Below are positions 39,649 to 48,745 of a stretch of 64,000 nucleotides of DNA, one piece after another. A program made the translations under genes and the position numbers. Source of the DNA: a bacterium (GTDB lineage Bacteria > Synergistota > GBS-1); assembly GCA_030153785.1 (NCBI GenBank), contig JASKLF010000006.1:32001-96000 (forward strand). Direction: 5' to 3'. The notes below the pieces were generated by a model, which saw nothing but the letters and a program-made list of their open reading frames with translations, did no database searches and was not told where the DNA came from. Position 1 is the first letter of the stretch; the number at the start of each line of letters is the position of its first letter.

Positions 39649-41321
39649 TCCTTTATCTTAAACTTTTTAAGCTTGTACTGTAGGGTTTGCCTGGGTATAC
39701 CAAGAAGTTTAGCAGTTTTACTTACATTTCCATTACAATAGGAAAACACTTCTTTGATAATCTCTCTCTCTTTTTCTTCCAACATCTCCTTCAAGGTCAA
39801 TCCCGCCTTCAAACCTCCTAAGGAAAACTCATTTTCAGCCATTTCTAAAAGGCTTCTAAAGTTTTCCTTTAAATTCATCTTCTTTAATTTTTCTGTAATA
39901 GTTTTTGTTACCTCAATATCCGGGAATTTCTCCTTCAAGAAATTTTCTGCCTCGTCCCAGCGCTGTAATAAAGGAGGAAGATACAAAACATCCTTAAAAC
40001 AGCCATCCAAAAACGGGGAAAAACACGCTAACGGCAACCTTGATGTAACAACGCTCTTATGTTCCCTTATAAGCTCTATCAAGGACGACCGCTCTTCATC
40101 GGTAAATGAGTCCAGATTTTCCACAAAAATAATGGTATCCTCTCTGATCGGTCCAATAAAATAGCCTGGTTTCAAGACCACTACATCTCTTAGGCCCTCC
40201 AACAGCTTCAAACCAAGAAGGGTTTTACCTGTCCCCTTATCCCCCCAAATAAATACGCTTCCCTCTTTAAAAGCCTCCAAAGCCATCGAAAAAGCTGTTC
40301 TCGTTACCTCTCCAAGCTCTAACCATTCTTGTGTTTCAGAAAAAGAAATGGACGGCTCCAAGGAAACCAATTCCATCGCTCCAGCCGTCTCATCTCCCAC
40401 CTTAACTGGGAAAGCCATCCTCTTTAAACAACGCTTTCCCTCCCAAAACAAGCCAGAAAATTCTCTGCCTTCCTTCAAACTCCTGTATATGGGAAAGCGA
40501 CTCCAGGAATCGCCAAAAACTTCCTGTGCCAATTTGCCAACCAGAGATTTAACTCCCGACAATTGCTCAAAGGATTTGTTGGAAAAAATCACTTTCCCCT
40601 GAGCATCAACACACCATATTCCTTCATTTATAAAATCCATTATTCTTTCAAAACTCCTATGAATACCAGCAAGCTTAGAGGCTCTAAACAAAAGGTTATC
40701 AATTACCGTTATATCTTCCCAAAGGAAAGCCCACAAGCCAACACGACCGCCATTTCCTAAGGGAACCGAAATTCCCTCCCACTTTTTACCTCCAAAAGAA
40801 AGACTTAGATTTCGTAATGAAGCAATATTTTCCTTTATTCTATCCCTGTGCCAGATTAGCATCTCTTCCCTCTCAAAATTCCTCTTGAACAAAGAATTAG
40901 AATAAACTACCTCACCGCTTTCATTAAATATACCTAAAGCAAAAGGAATCTTCTCCAAAAGATCAAATAGTAAAGAAGGAGAAAAGGCTTTTCTCCCACC
41001 TAAAGCTTCCATAAACTCTGCACCCGTCCAGAAACAACTTAGATCTCCCTCTGTAGTCACCACAGGAAGTTTAAGCTCTCCATTATTTAGTAGCTCGTAT
41101 ATATAAGACTTAGCCTCATTAATGTCGTCCATCAAGAACAAGATAACATCTCTTGACAACCCTTGATCTAAATCTCTAATATCGCCCCCTGTTAAACTTA
41201 CAACCTTGCTTTTAAGTAAAGCTCCTTTTATGCTACCCCCTTCGTCAACGACCGGGATAAAATCTACCATATGCCTGTAAAACAAGCGCAACAATTTTCG
41301 CAAGGTAAGCTTTTCCAACAC
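39645..41321 (-). CDS. Fis-HTH transcriptional regulator (CBS-like, PAS-like and degenerate AAA domains)
   Basis: IPVVD CBS-like segment, EGIWCVD PAS-like segment, GDKGTGKT, C-terminal GNVSKTAKLLGIPRQTLQYKL. Confidence 0.82.
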   Translation of the reverse strand: MLEKLTLRKLLRLFYRHMVDFIPVVDEGGSIKGALLKSKVVSLTGGDIRDLDQGLSRDVILFLMDDINEAKSYIYELLNNGELKLPVVTTEGDLSCFWTGAEFMEALGGRKAFSPSLLFDLLEKIPFALGIFNESGEVVYSNSLFKRNFEREEMLIWHRDRIKENIASLRNLSLSFGGKKWEGISVPLGNGGRVGLWAFLWEDITVIDNLLFRASKLAGIHRSFERIMDFINEGIWCVDAQGKVIFSNKSFEQLSGVKSLVGKLAQEVFGDSWSRFPIYRSLKEGREFSGLFWEGKRCLKRMAFPVKVGDETAGAMELVSLEPSISFSETQEWLELGEVTRTAFSMALEAFKEGSVFIWGDKGTGKTLLGLKLLEGLRDVVVLKPGYFIGPIREDTIIFVENLDSFTDEERSSLIELIREHKSVVTSRLPLACFSPFLDGCFKDVLYLPPLLQRWDEAENFLKEKFPDIEVTKTITEKLKKMNLKENFRSLLEMAENEFSLGGLKAGLTLKEMLEEKEREIIKEVFSYCNGNVSKTAKLLGIPRQTLQYKLKKFKIKE

Positions 41322-41403
41322 GATCCCCCCATCTGCTGATTTTTAGGCATTAACTAGTATAACTTCCATAGGCTCTTTTCAATAGTGACCCTTGTCCTTC
41401 CCC

Positions 41404-41928
41404 TTAACCCCTTCTCTTAAGATCCTCAAGCTCCTTGCGAAGTATGTCAAGCTGAGCCTCAAGAGCGCTTATCATCGCCTCAAGTTGAGCAATTCTAATT
41501 GTTTTCCAATCGAAAGGGCTACCCCACTCAAAAAACCAACCAAAGGGGAAGTGAAAGTAAGTAAAAAAGTTCTTAAAGAAACTGCTCACCTCTGGCTCCC
41601 ACCTTCTTAAATCACCCTTCTTAAACTTCTCCAAGACATCTATAACTCGCATAGGTAAAATTTTAAAGAGCTCTACACCGGAAAACTTGAAAAACTGAAA
41701 AACCCATGGGTCAAACCCATCACTTATAATAGCTTTTATCCCTTCCTCCATAAGGGCTTGAGCCACCTTTATACCTACACCAGACTTTACCCCCGTTGCA
41801 TACACATTTGTTACACTTTTGTAGCTATCTGAGGCAAGGTCGTATATTATAAAGTATGGTGCACTAATAAAATCGAGATGAGAAAACGATTGCAAATTAT
41901 CACCTGAAGAGCTAATGGCTACCTTCAA
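41404..41928 (-). CDS. NifB/NifX-family (dinitrogenase FeMo-cofactor domain) protein with C-terminal coiled coil
   Basis: MKVAISS.G, APYFIIYD and GVGIKVAQ.L motifs. Confidence 0.8.
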   Translation of the reverse strand: MKVAISSSGDNLQSFSHLDFISAPYFIIYDLASDSYKSVTNVYATGVKSGVGIKVAQALMEEGIKAIISDGFDPWVFQFFKFSGVELFKILPMRVIDVLEKFKKGDLRRWEPEVSSFFKNFFTYFHFPFGWFFEWGSPFDWKTIRIAQLEAMISALEAQLDILRKELEDLKRRG

Positions 41929-41949
41929 TAAGACATAGCACCTCCTTTC

Positions 41950-42123
41950 CTACTCTTCATCCATGCCACGCTTTGAAGCCCAAAAAGGACACCCATCACT
42001 ACCCTTAACAGAAACCTCCCTTAGTCTACAATGGCCATATCCCAACCCTAAGCTTTCTTCCCCCCACGGAACATCTTCGGGAACAAAATATCTACAAGCA
42101 GCACATATTCTCCTACCCCTCAT
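41950..42123 (-). CDS. Small four-cysteine protein, 57 aa (not in the ORF track)
   Basis: ATG 7 nt after GGAGG; MRGRRICAACRYFVPEDVPWGEESLGLGYGHCRLREVSVKGSDGCPFWASKRGMDEE; upstream TGGTAAAAT at 42173-42165. Confidence 0.8.
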   Translation of the reverse strand: MRGRRICAACRYFVPEDVPWGEESLGLGYGHCRLREVSVKGSDGCPFWASKRGMDEE

Positions 42124-42251
42124 TTTGATACCTCCTTAAGTTTTTGTTGACATCTGCATAAAACATTTTACCACCCATTTAGAGGCATTGGAAAGGTAAC
42201 ACTATCTGATATAATAGATTACAAAGACCTTTAAAGGAGGAGGGAAAAGAA

Positions 42252-43163
42252 ATGGAAGAAAAAGAAAATCTTAACGAAATCGCTAAAATCGAGGAAGAAA
42301 GGCCCGTAGTTGAAGCGAAAGAATTAGTAGTTAAAGCTCTAAAGGAAATTTTGCCTACAGATGAATTCAGGGAACTAATTCAGGAGACATTAAGACCATC
42401 AATAGAGTACAGATTGTTAAGAGACGAATTCACTCTCCTCTCCGCCAGATTAGAAGCAAGCTTTGAAGGATTCAGAAGAGAAATAAGCGCATTAGCCAGC
42501 GAACTTAAGGCCGACTATAGAATTTTAAAAGAAGAAGTTTTAAGCTCAACAAAAGAAGCTACAGAAAGTCTAAAAGAAACAACTTTAAATCTTCAAAAGA
42601 GTAGCGAAGATATGAAAGAACAAGTTAAAGAAACTTTCTCCAGTATAGAAGAAAAACTGAATCAGGTTTTAAGCCGTATCCAAGGAGAAATTACAGAAAC
42701 ACTTCAAAGAATCGATATTAGAACTCCACTAAGCGAAATCTCGAAAGAGATAGGAAAACTGAAAGAAGAGTTAAAAATCTCTCTTGACAGCGAAATTAAA
42801 AACATGAAGGTTATGCTAGAAGACGCCTCTCACACTATAGGTGGAATGGAAACGAGTCTCATCAATAAAATAAACGAAAAGCTAAACACTGCAGAGGAGT
42901 TTCTGAAAGAAGCAACGACGGAGCTTAAAGAAACACTCTCCAAAACTAAGGAAACTTTAGAAGCGCAAAAGTTAGAAATTCAAACATCCTTAAGGGAAGA
43001 CACAGAAAAACTCTTAGAGCAATTTAATTCCCTTCAAATGAAACTTAACATAATAGAAAATAAACTATCAAGTGTAAACACAAAAAGCTTTCTTAACCTC
43101 CTATTAATCCTTTTAGGATTTGGTGGTATTGCTTTCATCATTTTTAAGCTTATGGGAGGTTAG
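42252..43163 (+). CDS. Coiled-coil / apolipoprotein-like protein with a single C-terminal TM anchor
   Basis: E/K/L-rich helical repeats, hydrophobic tail; strong SD and TGATATAAT at 42207-42215. Confidence 0.8.
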   Translation: MEEKENLNEIAKIEEERPVVEAKELVVKALKEILPTDEFRELIQETLRPSIEYRLLRDEFTLLSARLEASFEGFRREISALASELKADYRILKEEVLSSTKEATESLKETTLNLQKSSEDMKEQVKETFSSIEEKLNQVLSRIQGEITETLQRIDIRTPLSEISKEIGKLKEELKISLDSEIKNMKVMLEDASHTIGGMETSLINKINEKLNTAEEFLKEATTELKETLSKTKETLEAQKLEIQTSLREDTEKLLEQFNSLQMKLNIIENKLSSVNTKSFLNLLLILLGFGGIAFIIFKLMGG

Positions 43164-44306
43164 AAGGTAGACTAAAAGTACTCCCAAAATCACAAAAAGA
43201 CCACCAACTTTAAAAGGAGCACCTAAACCAAACAAGTCCTGAGCTTTCCCGGAAAGCACAGGACCTATGAACATTCCTGCAGAATTAGAAAGTTGAAGTA
43301 TTGACATTGTGGTTGCCATTCCCTTTTCCCTTCCTAACTCAGCCATAATAGCTGATAAAGCGGGGTAAGCTGCTCCGACAACAACCCCTGTAAAAAACAT
43401 TATGATAAGTAACAGGAGATAATCTGTAAGATAAGGAAGAATGAATATTAACAGCGCATAAAATATATTGGATAGGATTATTATTTTTTTCTTCGAATAT
43501 TTGTCTGCCATTTTCCCAAAAGGCCCCTGAACTAAGGCAGTAACTCCCAAAAATATGCCTACAATTATCCCAATTTCATCATATCCAATACCCTTTTTAT
43601 GAGCCATAAAAGGGAAAAAGGTCATCAATATGGCTCTGCTTAAATCCATTGCAAACCCCATAAACCAAAGACTAAAATATTCCCTTTTACTAAATATGGT
43701 GTGGAGGGTTTCCAATAAATCAAGCCTTTTTACCCCTTTAGAGCTACCACTTGAGGAAGGGACAAAAACTACTGCAAGAATAAGGGCAACCGCCGTAAAA
43801 ATCGTCATCCCCCAAAAAGCGGCGTTTATTCCCCAATTCTTAACCAAAAGCCCACTTATCAACGGCCCTCCTGCAAGACCAAGGAAAAAGGCTGTATTCG
43901 CTATACCCATATATAATCCTTCTTTACCAAAAGGAGCCAGCTCTCCAATGTAAGCCATAGCAAGCGGTACTATCATAGAAGAACCTATTCCCTGAAGTAT
44001 CCTTATTCCCATAAGATCTTTCAGATTGCCAGCATAAACATAAAGCACGGAGGAAATAAGATAAATTATCAAGCCTAAGATAATAAAACCTTTCTTTCCA
44101 TACCTATCAGCTATTCCTCCTATTAGAATAACACCGAGCATCCTCGAGAGAGATAAAAGAGAAAATACAAGACCTATTTCTAAGCCTGTCGCTCCAAACG
44201 CCGTAGCGTATATTGGTAATACCGGTATGACTATACCTACTCCTAAAACGGCAATAAATATTAAAAAGGGTAAGGTAACCATGGCTTGCCATATTATACT
44301 ACTCAT
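43113..44306 (-). CDS. MFS transporter (DHA1-like)
   Basis: G.IADRYGKK, RILQGIG and GP..SG motifs; real start probably ATG at 44282. Confidence 0.9.
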   Translation of the reverse strand: MSSIIWQAMVTLPFLIFIAVLGVGIVIPVLPIYATAFGATGLEIGLVFSLLSLSRMLGVILIGGIADRYGKKGFIILGLIIYLISSVLYVYAGNLKDLMGIRILQGIGSSMIVPLAMAYIGELAPFGKEGLYMGIANTAFFLGLAGGPLISGLLVKNWGINAAFWGMTIFTAVALILAVVFVPSSSGSSKGVKRLDLLETLHTIFSKREYFSLWFMGFAMDLSRAILMTFFPFMAHKKGIGYDEIGIIVGIFLGVTALVQGPFGKMADKYSKKKIIILSNIFYALLIFILPYLTDYLLLLIIMFFTGVVVGAAYPALSAIMAELGREKGMATTMSILQLSNSAGMFIGPVLSGKAQDLFGLGAPFKVGGLFVILGVLLVYLLTSHKLKNDESNTTKS

Positions 44307-44322
44307 TGTAGAATAAAAGCAA
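44286..44322. promoter_or_regulatory. Overlapping divergent sigma-70 promoters (psuG-hyp-nfn on plus, MFS on minus)
   Basis: Plus: TTGCCA (44286-91), 17 bp, TAGAAT (44309-14). Minus: TTGCTT (44322-17), 18 bp, TATAAT (44298-93). Confidence 0.65.
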
Positions 44323-44342
44323 GAAAAGGAGGTGATTTTCTC

Positions 44343-45242
44343 ATCTGGGAAGTAAAAAAGGAAATAAAAGAAGCCTTAGAAGCCAACCAGCCAGTTGTTG
44401 CCCTTGAATCCAATCTCATAACCCATGGTCTCCCTTACCCTCAAAATGTAGAAGTCGCTTTGCTAGCGGAAAAAGTAATAAGAGAACACGGAGCTTTACC
44501 AGCCACCATAGCTATAATCAATGGAACAGTAAAAATCGGGCTAAGCGAGGAAGAAATTCACCTGTTAGGAAACAAAAATAATGCCCTTAAGGTTGGCTTA
44601 AGAGATATACCGGTAACAATAGCAAGAAGGGAAAATGGAGCATTAACAAGTGGTGCAACCTTATGGTGTGCAAGAAAAGTAGGAATAGAAGTTCTTGCAA
44701 CAGGAGGAATAGGAGGAGTACACCGAAATATTGACCAGAGCTTAGATATATCCAACGATCTCCTGGTGCTTTCTGAGGGTTACGGAATAGTAGTTTGTTC
44801 TGGTCCCAAAGCGATTCTTAATCTTGAAGCCACTTTAGAACTCTTAGAAACACTAGGAGTAATAGTTGTGGGATATAAAACCGATGAGTTGCCAGCTTTC
44901 TACTTTAGAAGCAGCGGTATAAGAGTCGAAGTGAGCGCTGATTCTGCAGGAGAAATAGCTCAGATTTATAGAATAGCCAAAGAATTAAGCATAAACAAAA
45001 GCATTTTAGTTACAAATCCTCCTCCTAAAGAATCTTGGGACAAAGCAGAATTTGAACCTTTGCTAAAAGAAGCAATAGAAGAAGCAAGAAGCCTGAACAT
45101 AAAAGGAAAAGCCTTGACCCCTTACCTTTTGGGCAAATTAGCACAGCTAAGCAAAGGGAAAAGTGTTGAAGCAAATGCCAGTATAATCTTGTCAAATGCA
45201 ACATTAGCTGCTAAGATAGCAAAAAAGCTAAAAGAACTTTAG
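44343..45242 (+). CDS. psuG: Pseudouridine-5'-phosphate glycosidase (probable ATC start)
   Basis: PVVALES..THG, GGIGGVHR, DIS.DL, GPKAIL and TPYLL motifs; ATC lies 7 nt after AGGAGGTGA. Confidence 0.92.
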   Translation: MWEVKKEIKEALEANQPVVALESNLITHGLPYPQNVEVALLAEKVIREHGALPATIAIINGTVKIGLSEEEIHLLGNKNNALKVGLRDIPVTIARRENGALTSGATLWCARKVGIEVLATGGIGGVHRNIDQSLDISNDLLVLSEGYGIVVCSGPKAILNLEATLELLETLGVIVVGYKTDELPAFYFRSSGIRVEVSADSAGEIAQIYRIAKELSINKSILVTNPPPKESWDKAEFEPLLKEAIEEARSLNIKGKALTPYLLGKLAQLSKGKSVEANASIILSNATLAAKIAKKLKEL

Positions 45243-45243
45243 A

Positions 45244-47499
45244 ATGGAGAAAATGAAAAAAGTAGAATTCAAAATATATGGTGTAGTTCAGGGAGTGGGT
45301 TTTAGACCATTTATCTCGAAGTTAGCTACTTCTTTATCCTTAGGAGGATGGGTTAAAAACACGAGTGAATGCGTAGAGTTAGAACTTATAGGAAAAGAAG
45401 AGAAAATAGAAGAATTCCTACAAAAACTCAAAGGGGACCCTCCTCCTCTTTCTAAAATCGTAAAAATAGAAAAGATAAAAGAAGAGCCTTTTCACCGCTC
45501 TTACAAGCCCCCTTTTAAAATCTTAAAAAGCGAGGAGACAAAAACCGTAAGCAGAGACAAGCTGTGGATACCTCCGGATGTGGGGACATGTGATGCCTGT
45601 TTGAAAGAGATTTTCTCCCCTAATGATAGAAGATATCTTTATCCTTTCACAAACTGCACCAATTGTGGCCCCAGATTCACGATAATAATTGATCTTCCAT
45701 ATGACAGAGAAAAAACAACGATGCGAGCTTTTAAAATGTGTGAAGACTGTGAAAGAGAATATCACGACATAAGAGACAGGAGATTTCATGCTCAACCTAA
45801 TGCCTGCCCCAAGTGTGGGCCACAAATAAAGCTCTTGGACAGGGAAGGGAAGGAAGTTCAGGGAGAACCTTTGGAAAACACATTAAGGTTTCTTAAGGAA
45901 GGGAAAATACTAGCTATAAAGGGACTTGGAGGATTTCATTTAGCTTTGGATGCTCTTAATAAGGAAGCAATCATGGAGCTGAGGCGAAGAAAGAGAAGAC
46001 CCCACAAGCCGTTTGCTTTAATGGCCTTTGCTCCGGAAAGGATACTGAAATTTGCTGAAATAACCCCTGAAGAAAAGGAACTCCTTCTAAGTCCCGCAAG
46101 ACCCATAGTTCTCCTTAAGAAAAAAAGAAACTCCATCTTACCAGAGGAGATTGCACCAAACAATAAATACTTGGGTTTTATGCTCCCCTATACCCCCCTA
46201 CACTACATGATCACAAAGGAATTCGATGCCCTTGTAATGACAAGCGGAAACCTGTCGGATGAACCCATAGTCTACGAAAACGAAGAGGCAATCTCAAAGC
46301 TTAAAGATATCGCAGATTTCTTTCTGATTCATAACAGAGAAATATATACACCGTGCGATGACTCAATCGTGATAAATAAAAGCATAATAAGACGAGCACG
46401 AGGATATACACCACTACCCATAGTTGGAGATGAAGAACTTCCTCCTATACTTGGGTGCGGAGGAGAAGAGAAAGCCTCTTTCGCCTTGAGCCGAGATAAC
46501 ACCATTATCCTAAGCCAATACATAGGAGACTTGAAAGACATAGAAGCTCTCGATAGATACGAAATGCTTATAGATCGCTTTAAAAATCTTTTTGGGATAG
46601 AACCAAGATATGTAGTATGCGACCTTCATCCATTGTATCTTTCAACAAAGTATGCTGAGAAAACTGGCTTACCCATGTTAAAGGTTCAACATCACCACGC
46701 CCACTTAGCAAGCTGTATGTGGGAAAACGGCCTTAAAAACGAAGTTATAGGAATTATCCTGGACGGAACAGGATACGGAGAAGATGAAACAATTTGGGGA
46801 GGGGAAATCCTCGTAGGAGATTTTCTCAAATTTAAAAGAATGGCTTACTTCAAACCTATTCCCCTACCCGGTGGCGAAAAAGCAATAAGAGAACCTTGGA
46901 GAATAGCCTTAAGCTATCTCAGAAAAATAGGAAAGGAGGAACTCATAAAAGAAGCGAAAGCCAAAGAAATATTGAGAATGCTGGAACTGGGCATAAACTC
47001 TCCCTTATCCTCAGGGTGTGGTAGGCTTTTCGATGCTGTATCAGCCTTCTTAGGGATAAGAAAAGAGATCTCATATGAGGCTCAGGCGGCGATAGAGCTG
47101 GAAGGCATTGCTGATGAAAACGAAGAAGAATCTTACTCCACTGAGTTATCTGAATCTAATGGAAGAATATTGATAGATTGGAGGAAAATGTGGAAAGAAC
47201 TTATATCCGACATGGAAAAGGGGGTTCCACCTGAAAAGTGCGCGATGAAATTTCATAACTATGTAGTTAACAGTCTGGTTGAGGCTACTAACGTGGTTCG
47301 CAAAGTAACAAATATAAACGATGTAGTATTAAGTGGGGGTGTGTTTCAAAATCAAATTATTTTAAGGAAAACTATAGAAAACTTGACTAAAAGGGGATTT
47401 AAGGTTTATCATCATAATGAAATCCCAACTAACGACCAAGGATTGGCAGTTGGGCAAATTGCAATATGCGCATCTAAAATAAAGAAAGGAGAGTTATGA
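45244..47499 (+). CDS. hypF: Carbamoyltransferase HypF
   Basis: GVVQGVGFRPF acylphosphatase domain, zinc-finger Cys motifs, HHHAH and DGTGYG. Confidence 0.96.
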   Translation: MEKMKKVEFKIYGVVQGVGFRPFISKLATSLSLGGWVKNTSECVELELIGKEEKIEEFLQKLKGDPPPLSKIVKIEKIKEEPFHRSYKPPFKILKSEETKTVSRDKLWIPPDVGTCDACLKEIFSPNDRRYLYPFTNCTNCGPRFTIIIDLPYDREKTTMRAFKMCEDCEREYHDIRDRRFHAQPNACPKCGPQIKLLDREGKEVQGEPLENTLRFLKEGKILAIKGLGGFHLALDALNKEAIMELRRRKRRPHKPFALMAFAPERILKFAEITPEEKELLLSPARPIVLLKKKRNSILPEEIAPNNKYLGFMLPYTPLHYMITKEFDALVMTSGNLSDEPIVYENEEAISKLKDIADFFLIHNREIYTPCDDSIVINKSIIRRARGYTPLPIVGDEELPPILGCGGEEKASFALSRDNTIILSQYIGDLKDIEALDRYEMLIDRFKNLFGIEPRYVVCDLHPLYLSTKYAEKTGLPMLKVQHHHAHLASCMWENGLKNEVIGIILDGTGYGEDETIWGGEILVGDFLKFKRMAYFKPIPLPGGEKAIREPWRIALSYLRKIGKEELIKEAKAKEILRMLELGINSPLSSGCGRLFDAVSAFLGIRKEISYEAQAAIELEGIADENEEESYSTELSESNGRILIDWRKMWKELISDMEKGVPPEKCAMKFHNYVVNSLVEATNVVRKVTNINDVVLSGGVFQNQIILRKTIENLTKRGFKVYHHNEIPTNDQGLAVGQIAICASKIKKGEL

Positions 47500-47502
47500 A
47501 AA

Positions 47503-47724
47503 ATGTGCCTTGCTGTGCCACACAAAGTGGTTGAAATAAATGGGAAAGAAGCCATAACCGAACTTGGAGGGATAAAGAAAAAAACCAGACTCGACCTTCT
47601 TGAAGATGTAAAAGTAGGAGATTTCGTTCTTGTTCATGCAGGATTTGCCATAGAAAAACTTAATCCCGAAGAAGCAAGGGAGATTCTCGATGCTTGGCGA
47701 GAAATTGAAGAACATCAAAGTTAA
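47503..47724 (+). CDS. hypC: Hydrogenase chaperone HypC
   Basis: MCLAVP and LVHAGFAI motifs. Confidence 0.96.
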   Translation: MCLAVPHKVVEINGKEAITELGGIKKKTRLDLLEDVKVGDFVLVHAGFAIEKLNPEEAREILDAWREIEEHQS

Positions 47725-48745
47725 AAGACACCTCCGGTTTATGGAGGTTTGCGGCACCCACACGGTAAATATTTGTAGATTTGGCTTGAGAAATCTATTT
47801 CCCGAAGAAGTAGAACTAAGAAGCGGACCAGGATGCCCCGTATGTGTAACCCCAGCTTCAGCGATCAAGATAGGAATAGATCTGGCTTTAAAAAATGATA
47901 AATTCGTTATAACAACTTACGGTGATATGATGAAGGTTCCAGGCCCCAATGGCACCTTAGCAGATGCTAAAGCCAAGGGAGGAAAGGTTTTCAGCGTTTA
48001 CAGTATAACCGAAGCTTTATCTTTAGCAGAAAAAAACGAAGACTTAAAAGTGATTTTCTTGGCAGTAGGGTTTGAAACTACGGCTCCAGCAAGTGCATGG
48101 GCGATAAAAGAAGCCAAATTAAAAAACATTAAAAACTTTTTTCTACTATCTTTCCATAAGTTAGTTCCCCCCGCCATGGAACTACTGGCTTCGGAAGGAA
48201 CATTGGATGGATTCCTGTGCCCTGGCCATGTAAGCACGATAATAGGAACAGAGGTTTACAAAAATATAGCGAGAAAATATAAAATCCCATGCGTAATTTC
48301 AGGATTTGAAGCAGAAGACATAATTTTTGCAATGATAAAGCTCATAGAGATGGCGGAAAACGAAGCATACGACGTCTTTAACGCTTATAAGAGAGCGGTT
48401 AAGAAAGAAGGCAATAAGGTAGCGCAAGGACTATTAAACGAAGTCTTTGAGGAAGTAGACTCGGAATGGAGGGGGATAGGTGTAATCCCTAAAAGCGGTC
48501 TGGATATAAAGGAAGAGTATGCCGATTTCGATGCCAAAATCGCATTTAATATAGAAAAAGAGGATATACCCGAAAATCCAGCATGTAAATGCGGAGAAGT
48601 ACTTAAAGGTTACATATACCCTTACGAGTGTCCCCTCTTTGGAAAATCTTGCATACCAGAACATCCCATAGGACCATGCATGATATCCAGCGAAGGAAGC
48701 TGTGCAGCCTATTACCGATATGGAGGGCGATTAAAAGATGATTAA
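47690..48745 (+). CDS. hypD: Hydrogenase maturation protein HypD
   Basis: CGTHT, GPGCPVC, GFETT, PGHVS and C-terminal Cys cluster. Confidence 0.96.
   Translation: MLGEKLKNIKVKRHLRFMEVCGTHTVNICRFGLRNLFPEEVELRSGPGCPVCVTPASAIKIGIDLALKNDKFVITTYGDMMKVPGPNGTLADAKAKGGKVFSVYSITEALSLAEKNEDLKVIFLAVGFETTAPASAWAIKEAKLKNIKNFFLLSFHKLVPPAMELLASEGTLDGFLCPGHVSTIIGTEVYKNIARKYKIPCVISGFEAEDIIFAMIKLIEMAENEAYDVFNAYKRAVKKEGNKVAQGLLNEVFEEVDSEWRGIGVIPKSGLDIKEEYADFDAKIAFNIEKEDIPENPACKCGEVLKGYIYPYECPLFGKSCIPEHPIGPCMISSEGSCAAYYRYGGRLKDD

Noticed and set aside
41925..41936. Mini-ORF ATG TCT TAT TGA after a strong SD, overlapping the TTG start of the NifX-like gene
   Set aside because: Could be a coupling device, but a three-codon ORF arises easily by chance and there is no further support
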